From contig JABANN010000388.1 of assembly GCA_013115125.1 (NCBI GenBank), positions 1 to 33,377 on the forward strand: a stretch of 33,377 bases of DNA, written 5' to 3'. Below the pieces are notes generated by a model. That model was not told where the DNA came from. It worked only from the letters and a program-made list of their open reading frames with translations, and did no database searches. The DNA is from Perkinsus olseni (Eukaryota). Below are positions 23,519 to 32,351 of this stretch, piece by piece. The position numbers were made by a program, and so were the translations under genes. Numbering within the stretch: position 1 is the stretch's first letter; each line of letters begins with the position of its first letter.

Positions 23519-26500
23519 ATGAGGTTATTCTGGTTCAAAGGGAGCCTCAGTTCTGCTCTCTCCTGCGCTCGTCGTTTGGATTGCGCTGCCGTCGTGTATT
23601 CGGTGAGGTCAGTGCGTAACCGAATGGTCGAAGGTTCGATGCCCGGGTAGAGTATTTTTTCAGTTACCCCAAAGCCTCGTATACGTCTGTTTCGAGCACC
23701 ACTGGCGTGAGCGTCAAGTCGTCGGCATTGGACACTATTATTCTTAATGTAAATCTCGCTGCGCCCTAGTGATCGATAAGGTATTGAACTCTCGTTCAGG
23801 TTGCTGTTCTCACTGATAGTCTTGACGAGGACCGGGTATTGATAGCGGATATTTGCCGGAATTGCAGACGAAGGCGGAAAATTAGTCAGTGGGCGCTGAA
23901 TAGTGAAGTTAGGTAATATCGATCGAGTGATCGATTTGGGTTGGCCAGGAGAGGACGCAATATTTGATGCTGAAATTATTATGAACTGGAATGCTGCATA
24001 GAATGGTTGCTGAGTATTTCGATCGTAAAATTGAAGCCTGAATCTGGCTAGGTTGACCTAAAGATACCGTTGCGGGTCGAACTTAAAGATACGCCGTTTC
24101 GTTCAGGGTATTTACGGTCTCTTCCTATCTAAGTTCAGTTGGGGAATCCTTGGATTTACCGGAGAATGCACTCGAGGTGGCGAGTTTGAAGGGAATCAGG
24201 TCATGGGTTGACATCATTGTGAGTGCGCAACCTATTTCGTATCTTGCATGCTTCAACCTCGGATATTTCAGGTTGTCTCATGCCCGCCTCTCCTGTGCGA
24301 AAATATTCTGCGTGCGCTGCGTGGATGCCATCGCCAATCATTGACGGCGCCCTTCATCATCGCTGTGGTAAAATTGACGGCCCGGGAATCGAACCTGCGA
24401 CCTATCCAAAGAACCTCTTTGCAAAACAGCTTGACTGGGATTCGAACCCGGGAACTTCTCAGGTTCTACGTCCCGAATTCACCCTTCGTTTTGATGACCG
24501 TGGTATGGCAGCTTTGAGCGATGCGTCGACGTGGACGCTTCGGCCGGATGGATTATCTGCGGTTGGAGTGGTACTATTAAATTCGCCTGTGGGCTCGAGG
24601 ATGCTGCAGGAATCTTCGCAGTGCGCAGAGAGTATCTTAGCTTTGTGAGAGGTTTCGATGAGAATATCAGATTCTTAGATCGGATATCGGTAGGGTTGAA
24701 CCTTTGCGGAATACGTATGGCGTGGTTTGGCAGATTTACCACAATGGTTTGTCCGGTTACGCTGTTGGGTCGCATGATTTAGTGTGCTCGGAGATATTGA
24801 CGATGTTGGTGGCGAATGGAGATGGACGAGAGCCGCTAAGGTTCGACCAGGTAGTATATCCAAGACGGTCAGGTGCTGAAAATAAAGTAGTTACAACAAG
24901 AGTAGATTGTTTTGCTCAGTGAGCGTTATGGAGCGGTTCAGGTTGATAGCGGAAGTAGTTGAGAGATTGTATAATCGGTAGTATGGGGACAGCTCGATTG
25001 TGTTATGTAGACGGTTCGAACCAAACCGTTATTCAAATCGGCAAAGTAGAGATGTCTCCGCTGGTGGGAGTTGGAATTTCTTGGTAGTATTTTTCACAAC
25101 AATTTGTTTATTTTTATATTTTACATGTATGTATACAGCACTCAGTTGCCTTCCTGATGCTTGTACTCGACCGGTGGTCAGCGACCGCATCTCAATAATC
25201 CTTCCACAACGTGGAGGAAGCTGCTAGGGTATCAGCGATATCTGACGCGAGAATCATATGCTCTGCGAGATGCCAGGATCAAATCTGTATGGAACCGGAC
25301 GGGTAATACTCTCAGCGCCATCTCGGCGAAGTCCTTCGGTTGTTGCTTTGCGCAAATCGAAATTTTAGGGTTTATTAGTATAGAGAATTATACGTATTGA
25401 AAATATATATTCTCAATGAATAGATCACCGTACCATACACACAAACGTGTGCTCGGAACTTGTTGTTCTTCTCAGGATCGAAAAGCGCTCGCCCGATTGA
25501 TCGATTTGCTGATAACACAGCCCGGCATACAGCCGACGGAGATGGCTCAGATGAGGCTGTCGACTGAGTTTTCGAATTGGCTGGAGAAAAGGAATTTATT
25601 GGGCAGATTTCCACTGTTAAATGACGCGATAAGTAGTAGGGTGCGGGGATCGAACCGGGGACCTTCGTGTTGTTGGGTTCAGGTGGAATACATGCTAGAG
25701 GCTTTGACTCGTGGAGTGGTGATGCTTGTCATTTTGTATCCCGAGATCCCGGGTTCGAATCCCGGTAGGGGCATTTTGGCCGTGTATAATTGAAGCCTTT
25801 GTTTAGTGTAGGTTTTTGTACCGCCCATGCGACACGCATGGAATCTTTAATTTTCTAATCGATCACGTGATCGATGAACCATTATCTTTTGATATCACGA
25901 CTTTGGATTTGGGGAGTTGTGTGGAGGTGGCGGGTTCAATTCTCGGGTCCGCTTTTTTTATTATCTTCCACTCAGTGGAATCCACTGGGTGGGTCGCGCA
26001 AGTTTATGAGGTTACAAGATTTGAGAATATTGGCGTTTCCCGGGTTTGGCTGCTGACGAGGGCGCCATGCATGTGGAAGGCGCTGCTTCACATGAAGGTG
26101 TTTGGTGGGGTGGTAGTAGTTGTGTTCAGTCTGTTCAAGACCCTGGGTTCAAATCCCAATGGTAGTATTGCTGTGCGAGATTTCTTCTCACTCAGAGTAA
26201 GCTGGAATGTTGAAATTCGATACTTTATTGTTTGAAGGACTCGTATCTTCGAGGTTGCCCGTGAAAGATACGGAAAAGGTCGTCTTGCTTACACCCTTTG
26301 ATTCATAACAGGTTTTGTTGTCTTCTAGTATGTTATCACCTCGAGTAGCATCTACCGATCAGTACGAGAATCTTGATCCACTACGAGAAGCAGGGGACAC
26401 TCGAGCCATCGCCGAGGTAGTCGTGGTTTAAACGTCACCGTTGTTTTTCTTTCGCTGTCGATGGCTGACGGCGGAGGATGAAAGAAAGTGGACTCTTTGC

Positions 26501-27899
26501 GCATCTTCAGTAAAGTTGATAGTCTCATTTTTGTTCGTGTATCGTGTGGCGAGAGAAATTGAATATTTGCAGGATTTTTTTCACGAAATTTATCGTGAAA
26601 ATTAAAATTTTTTGAACGCCTTGTGTATCTTCCAGCAGAATTGATATCTTTATTATTTTAAGTTCACCCCGCGGATAAAGGCACTGAATCGTATCAATAG
26701 AGCGTGAAAGCGTATTGGGCGGAGTTCGCTTCTACCGTCTTCCTTGGACGTTTCGGAAAAAATTGCGAGAGAAGTGGGCTTGTCCGTAGCGGGAAAATTT
26801 TTATTTCTTTTCCGGGGTATTGGGAATTTTGGATTCGGCGTTACTCTGTTTTTTACGCAGGAAAACTTGCCAGTGTTTTTTGGAATTGTTCGTTGGATGA
26901 ATATCCCTAAGTTGTTGGAAATTTTTACAGTATTTATAGTATTTTCATGGAAGAAAATCTTTCCCCTATTGGAAGTATCCTATTTTTCTTCCTTCGGACC
27001 AAATCTTAAGATCGAGATTTTCTTTCCCCATCCGCGTTCAGATGCCTTCCAGAGTGCGTAAAGGGTCGTGGCAGCATGATTCGCCAAAATTGAGCAGAAA
27101 TGTGTCGGTTGTTGAGTCCCGGGAGCTGTCCGAAAGAATTTCTACCGCGGAGAGGAACGCCGAAGAGAATCAGAAATTGTGTCGGACGGAGAAGCAGCGG
27201 GTGGACAGGTCCGTGGATGACGATGAAGATGAGGATGAAGAGGGGTCAAGGAAGATCAATTTTGGTGATGAAGTAATATGCAGGGTGTTGGGATTGAACA
27301 CGGGTGGTCTCGCACAGACTGCCTGGTGGATTGTGATATAGAAGAGTATTTTGTTACTTCGGGTGTATCGAGGGTTTGCGAGGGTGACACGTAGAACGGC
27401 TGGGTCGACGGTTCCGTCCGTGCGCTGTTTATTTTTCATTATGAAATAATCGGCGGACGTCGAGCCCTGTGATTGGTGGTATTCATCGAGCTTATCAACT
27501 CCGCTCATCTTGAGGATTCTTCGCCGCATCAACTCTGCCGTTAATCATGAGGGCGCATTTATCGAAACATTTTTCAGAACTTCGGATCGAATCACCTCCG
27601 CTCCGCCGTACCGTTATTTTCTCTGTTTCTGATGATCATAAGCTCCTTTCTGTCAGGTGAATGTGCGTTTCTTCAACCGCACCGGGTCCAGCTTGGCGCT
27701 GCGTGGACGGTCGCACAGCCAAAATGGTGTAGCTGATCTGGCAAGCTGCGTGAAGATGTTCGACGGTCGTAGTAATAGCAAATCGTGTTTGGGCAAGACG
27801 ACGAGTTATGAGAATCTCGGGGACTTGGAGAGTATAGCGGAGGAGATGGGCAAGCCGAGGGAGATGATGATGAGCGGTCGGAGGCCTCGGTCAAGGTGA
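23519..27899 (+). CDS. Hypothetical multi-exon gene whose introns carry tRNA-like relics
   Basis: In-phase exon chain 24272-24367 (VVSCPPLLCENILRALRGCHRQSLTAPFIIAV) | 24463-24561 (VLRPEFTLRFDDRGMAALSDASTWTLRPDGLSA) | 24610-24644 (ESSQCAESILA). Further exon-like pieces: DRKALARLIDLLITQPG, MLSPRVASTDQYENLDPLREAGDTRAIAE, NVSVVESRELSER...DDDEDEDEEG, VNVRFFNRTG...RPRSR. Both ends are uncertain and this may be more than one gene. Confidence 0.5.
23610..23660 (+). pseudogene. tRNA 3'-half/B-box relic filling most of intron 23603..23663
   Basis: TAA-CCGAA-TGGTC-GAAGG-TTCGATG-CCCGG-GTAGAGT-A-TTTTTT-CAG. The oligo-T doubles as the intron polypyrimidine tract. Confidence 0.55.
24369..24410 (-). pseudogene. 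tRNA 3'-half/B-box relic (first of a tandem pair in intron 24368..24462)
   Basis: Minus strand GGAT-AGGTC-GCAGG-TTCGATT-CCCGG-GCCGTCA-A-TTTT. Confidence 0.6.
24423..24462 (-). pseudogene. tRNA 3'-half/B-box relic (second of the tandem pair)
   Basis: Minus strand CTGAGA-AGTTC-CCGGG-TTCGAAT-CCCAG-TCAAGCT-G-TTTT. Confidence 0.6.
25635..25672 (-). pseudogene. tRNA 3'-half/B-box relic
   Basis: Minus strand AACACG-AAGGTC-CCCGG-TTCGATC-CCCGC-ACCCTAC. The 25643..25666 core is 23/24 identical to 3007..3030. Confidence 0.6.
25701..25777 (+). pseudogene. Degenerate tRNA-length element with perfect T arm (possibly Gln-TTG derived)
   Basis: 73 nt from GCTTTGA to TAGGGGC-A, then TTTT. The T arm CCGGG-TTCGAAT-CCCGG is perfect. 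GTGGAGTGG is A-box-like and the loop is TTTTGTA, but the anticodon stem is broken and the 5' part may be exonic. Confidence 0.6.
25921..25959 (+). pseudogene. tRNA 3'-half/B-box relic
   Basis: GTGG-AGGTG-GCGGG-TTCAATT-CTCGG-GTCCGC followed by T7. Confidence 0.5.
26103..26167 (+). pseudogene. Degenerate tRNA-like relic in predicted intron 26098..26196
   Basis: A-box-like TGGTGGGGTGG, then AGACC-CTGGG-TTCAAAT-CCCAA-TGGTAGT-A. Confidence 0.5.
27278..27318 (-). pseudogene. Highly degenerate tRNA 3'-half relic in predicted intron ~27265..27341
   Basis: Minus strand GAGACCA-CCCGTG-TTCAATC-CCAAC-ACCCTGC-A. Its 3' end resembles those of the 25635 and 2992 relics. Confidence 0.35.
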
Positions 27900-28296
27900 T
27901 AAGGGGAAGGAGTGGTATGGGCTGTTGGAAATGTGTTTTTGAAAAAATTATCGGTCCATCAGGGTGTTGGAACTTGTAGGAGGTTCGCATAGATTTTGGT
28001 TATACCGCAGCTTGACTTGGTAAATTCTGAGAATTTGGCGTCAAAAAAAGAGGGAATTTCATGAAAAATTATCGATGATGATCGAAGTGTTGGTATTATA
28101 CTTATCCCGGCGCGAGCGGCATTGAGGGTTGTCAGGTCGTACGCTGACTTGGAGGAGATTGACTTCTAGACGTCCTGAGGGAAGATACTTAACAATATTA
28201 TTAGTGCTGCACTTTCTGCGTATCTTATGTGCATGCGTGCAATTTCCAACTTGCAAGATTCCACCGCTTATTGTTCATCATTCATTGCATTGATTA

Positions 28297-28911
28297 CTAA
28301 ATACATATTCGAAGATACTGTGGAAGTATCTCAGCTTCATTCATGGAAGATACGAAATAGGTCAAGTCATATCCACCCACCGTCACCGGACAATAATTGT
28401 TTCTGGTAGTGTCCTATTGTCAAAACGCTTATCAAGCGCTCATAGAGAATCTATTCACATACTGCTGAGATCCCCTGGAGGCTCCGGGTTCGAATCGCGG
28501 TGGAGTCATTTCTATGGCATTTCCCGGTCGCCCTGCTGCCGTCTGAAGGCGAGCCGATGACCAATTTTGTGGCGCAGTGACGCTGATTATACCAGTGGTC
28601 ATCAGGGGGCGCTGTTCTCATTCCTACGGCAGTTTCTTGAAAGATTCTCCAACAGGCTATGAGTTGGGTTCAATATGAGAATGTTCGGGCGGAATTTCGT
28701 GGTAAAACCGCGCGGTAAAACTGTGGTACGTCTTGTCTGCGAACTTCACCACCATTTCCCGATGGATTCTACCGTTCAACGATTTCTAATTTTAAAAGGA
28801 CCGGAATTTTTCCACTTTGAGCGTCGAATTTTTCCGAAATTTTCCATACATTTTCGAGTTTATTCCTGAACAACCGAAAGTTCGAAAGCGACAGCGACAG
28901 CGGCAGCTCAT
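28297..28911 (-). CDS. Possible small multi-exon hypothetical gene
   Basis: Exon-like segments IHREMVVKFADKT|IFQETAVGMRTAPPDDHW and HYQKQLLSGDGGGYDLTYFVSSMNEAEILPQYLRICI* with plausible splice sites. Model incomplete. Confidence 0.3.
28470..28511 (+). pseudogene. tRNA 3'-half/B-box relic
   Basis: CTGG-AGGCT-CCGGG-TTCGAAT-CGCGG-TGGAGTC-A-TTT. It may overlap an exon on the opposite strand. Confidence 0.45.
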
Positions 28912-29196
28912 GGAAGTGATTCGGGGATGGTGTGGTATGGTTCATTAGCACTTGAAACCCGTGTGGCTGAGGAGCGCTGGAGAGTGGACGAAAGGATATG
29001 AGAAAAATACGGCGTGAGAGAATTCTGAAGGAGTTAATCGGCAGACCGGGCAGGTGTGAGGGCGGTGAATTTTCTTGTCAGCAGTGACGGCCTTGGGTTG
29101 CTGTTTCTTCTGTATTTTTTGGAGATTTTTTCAATTTTTTTTCTTCTAGTTTTCCTCCTATTTTCTGCGAAGACGTTTTCTCGTGCTACGATACGG

Positions 29197-30056
29197 ATGG
29201 TGAATAGAGTGCCGAGGTATTTGGTTTTCGACAAAGACGGCACGCTGTTGGATCTGAATAAAACCTACGGGGCATCAGTGGAGGTTTTGGCGAAGCGGAT
29301 GAGCGATGAGTTTGGCGTGGAGCCGCGAAGGTTGGAGGACGTGCTCGGGTTTGACTCCGAGCGGAAGCGTTTCAAGGAAGATGCGTTATGTATGACTGGT
29401 GAGGATTTGATTCTTCAATCGCGCACTGCGAAGATCTTATTATCTTTTCAGTGAGCAACTCGGAGATGGCGCGGAAGGTGGAGGATAGTGGCATCCCAGC
29501 AGGACCGGTGATGAGCCACATGAACAATTATCGACCCACTTTTGTGGCGGCGTGCAACTTACGAGTGCTTTTCGGCGACTTGCGGGAATTGGGAGTACAG
29601 AAAGTCGGAGTGTTGTCACTAGACGATGTAAGTGTGATGATCTTGCTATCTTGCTTCATCTTGCATTTCCTCAGGTAGCTGCTGCTGGGCGGTTCCTAGA
29701 AGCTCAGGGCCTCTCGTCCAGCGACGTGGACGGTATCGTCGGAGGTGATATGAATTTGCGACCGAAGCCGAGTGATGACGGGGTAAAATTTTTATTGGAA
29801 AATTGGAAGTGTGGGGACTTGACAGAAGCGATGATAGTTGGTGATCATCCTATGGATATGAAGGTAGCTAGGGGTTTGAAAATCGATCAGTTGATCGATT
29901 GTGAGCGTATCTTAGGTTGGAGCGGGCTTCGGATGGCGCGTTGGTGTGTACGGTACTGGTCTGAGCTCTCCTGAGGCACTCTGGGGTGCCGGAGCTACTC
30001 ACGTGGTTCGGGATGTCTCAAAGTTGATCGATTGTGTTATTAAAGAGGATCCGTGA
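29197..30056 (+). CDS. HAD-superfamily hydrolase, phosphoglycolate-phosphatase-like, 4 exons
   Basis: Exons 29197-29398, 29452-29627, 29675-29863 and 29916-30056 join in phase. HAD motif I LVFDKDGTL, motif II GVLSLDD, motif III RPKP, motif IV MIVGDHPMD; C-terminal VGVYGTG...AGATHVV. Confidence 0.92.
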
Positions 30057-30104
30057 GATTGTTTTGTTGTTGTTTTTGTTGCTTCAATTCGTACTCCTTG
30101 AAAA

Positions 30105-31790
30105 TTAGGAGGAGCTGCGCGAGCGGGGTGTGGATTTGAGAGAGTCAGGAGAGTGGGCTGCGGATAAATTTGGGTACTCATTAGTCGTTATTGAAGCTGA
30201 GCCCTGGGTGAAAATTCCGTCAACGATAGAAAGGCGAACTCCTTTGCGTCCGTACTTGAGCGAGTTTACAAAATTCCCATCACGAAAGGCAGCCCGTCGG
30301 CTAGCTTGGCCCTGATGCAATAGGGAAATACCTCGTACGAGAGAGAGTATCATCAATAAATTAAAGTTCTCCTTTTTTGGCGTACGCAGACGAAGTCCTC
30401 CTCGAGAGGAGCTTTCAGTACTTTTCAATGCTCATGGTCATGATACCCAAGTTAGGGGTTCGGGAGAGATAGTCGTGAAACCCATCTTTCATCGCTCTGT
30501 TGTTATTTCCCTCTTGACTTAACAAAACCATGCTTCAGCCAGTAATAGGGATATAGGAAGAGATACTGATCTAACGCTCAAATATGCACCACAATATCGT
30601 AATAACATTAAAATGTCGTCGTCTAGCGAGGAGGGACAAATGCACAGCCTAGCTCCGAAAATTACACAAGAGTATCACAAATTATGGTACCCATGACGGA
30701 GGGGGTTCACTACACTCTGGGAGGTGGAGTTGAGCTGATTATAACCACCCAAGTTTTGCTACGGACAATGCTGCCAATACCCTCAGTCCGACCTACTCCC
30801 CTCGATGGTCAGCATCCCCATCATCCTATCAGTGCCAGCTTCCTTGGCATCAGGCACCTACCTTCGTCCCAAGCTACTTCACAAGGCCCTCAGGCAGCTG
30901 ATGGGTGGAGCTGACCTCCGAACAGGGGCGGAGGTCGTTGAGGTAGGGACGGTCCTAGTTGGTCTCACATCACGGCATTCCTAAAATCCGTAGCGTATCA
31001 GATTTAAGAACGCTGTCACGTAGAGTATAGCATTGCATCTTGAGGGCTTAGATTATTGTGGTTTTCATAACACAACCTCAATGCTTCAGAGCAAAACTCT
31101 TCCGCAAAAATTCGAAAAATTTCCTCCGCAAATTCATAGCAGACACGGCGCAAAATACCAACTTTTGCCGAAAACCGGATATGCTCAGAATCTGTGGAAG
31201 GGCGTCCGCCTTTACCTCAGATTCACTCCAATACCACCCCAACCCTATTTAATATATTACGGATGTTTGGGTACGATTCGTCTGTTGATACTGCTGGGAA
31301 CGAGGTCAGTTCTGGGTGATACTCTTACCGTTCGAAGATGGCTACGGTGCTCCTCCTGATCATCATCTTGTTCTGGATTCCTGGCATCTACTGGCACCTC
31401 GTGAATTTGTCTAGGGGCCTGCTGATGTCTGTGAGACAAATTACTTTAGATGCCCTCCTAGCCGTTATCGGGTTAAGCTCATACTGGAGAGTGTCACAGA
31501 CCGACCCGAGATTTGCCATCCTATCCTTTCATCGTCTGTCTTCAGTGCAGCTCCTCATCGGAGCAGCGAAAAATGTCTAACCACATTTCCCCGGGGGTTG
31601 CGGCTCCCCTCAAAATGCGGCTTCTTAGGTTCTGCGGGTTTGTCCTTCTAAGCCGGCCGAAGGATGCAAAGTGGGGTGTCTCAGTGTGTAAATTTTCGTT
31701 CTCGCTGGGTAGGGTCTCCATGAGCGGTCCAAGTGTCACACCGTGGTGGAGTCGGATGGTCGGAGCACCGGCGCGAGTAAGGCTCGGCAT
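30105..31790 (-). CDS. Hypothetical low-complexity multi-exon gene (partial model)
   Basis: ATG 31790 MPSLTRAGAPTIRL...; exon HQQAPRQIHEVPVDARNPEQDDDQEEHRSHLRT|GTAAG; terminal exons GQASRRAAFRDGNF and GSASITTNEYPNLS...RSRSSS* (stop 30105). Confidence 0.4.
31329..31348 (-). other. Spliced-leader-like 20-mer followed by a splice donor
   Basis: Minus strand ACCGTAGCCATCTTCGAACG|GTAAG. The first 14 nt are identical to the 5' end of the Perkinsus SL as recalled (ACCGTAGCCATCTTGGCTCAAG). Confidence 0.4.
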
Positions 31791-32351
31791 TTTCGGAATT
31801 TCTGAGCTTATGTAGGTCGTGGATCTACCCGGGCCTTGAATGCATTCTCGACTTTCGAGAATGCCGAAGTAAGATCGGGAAGTGGGAGACCTGTGGGGGA
31901 AGGAGAGGTATCTTCAGCCGGCTGATGGTCAGACTAGGGGATCTAGGCTCGGGCCGGAGGAACGGAGACGGATCTTTGAACGGCTTTGTGAACCTCGGAG
32001 GGACTACGAGAGGAGGTGATTGAAAGGTGACTGCTGCTTCGATATTAATGCTTGATAGGCGCTAGCGGTAGAAGTTCTGTTTTTGGGGGGAAAGGCTATA
32101 CCGAAAAAGCGGTATAGCTCCCCTTCTCGAGGGTGATAATTATTGATTAATAATACTAGTAGTAAATAGTCTGAATAAAGGTGACTAATACTACCAGGGG
32201 GCCGCAATCACTCACGGAGTTGTTATTAAAAGTTCTAATGCCGTCTGCGGCCGACTCAGAGTAACGCCCATTTTCAGCAACCAACTAGTCATCCCAATGA
32301 CCAGTTCTTATATCAGTAACCACTAATCCTTACTAATAACCGAGTGATATA

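Noticed and set aside
23603-28511. Split or trans-spliced tRNA halves
   Set aside because: No matching 5' halves or complementary leader sequences are seen and most T stems are broken, so a relic/B-box interpretation is preferred.
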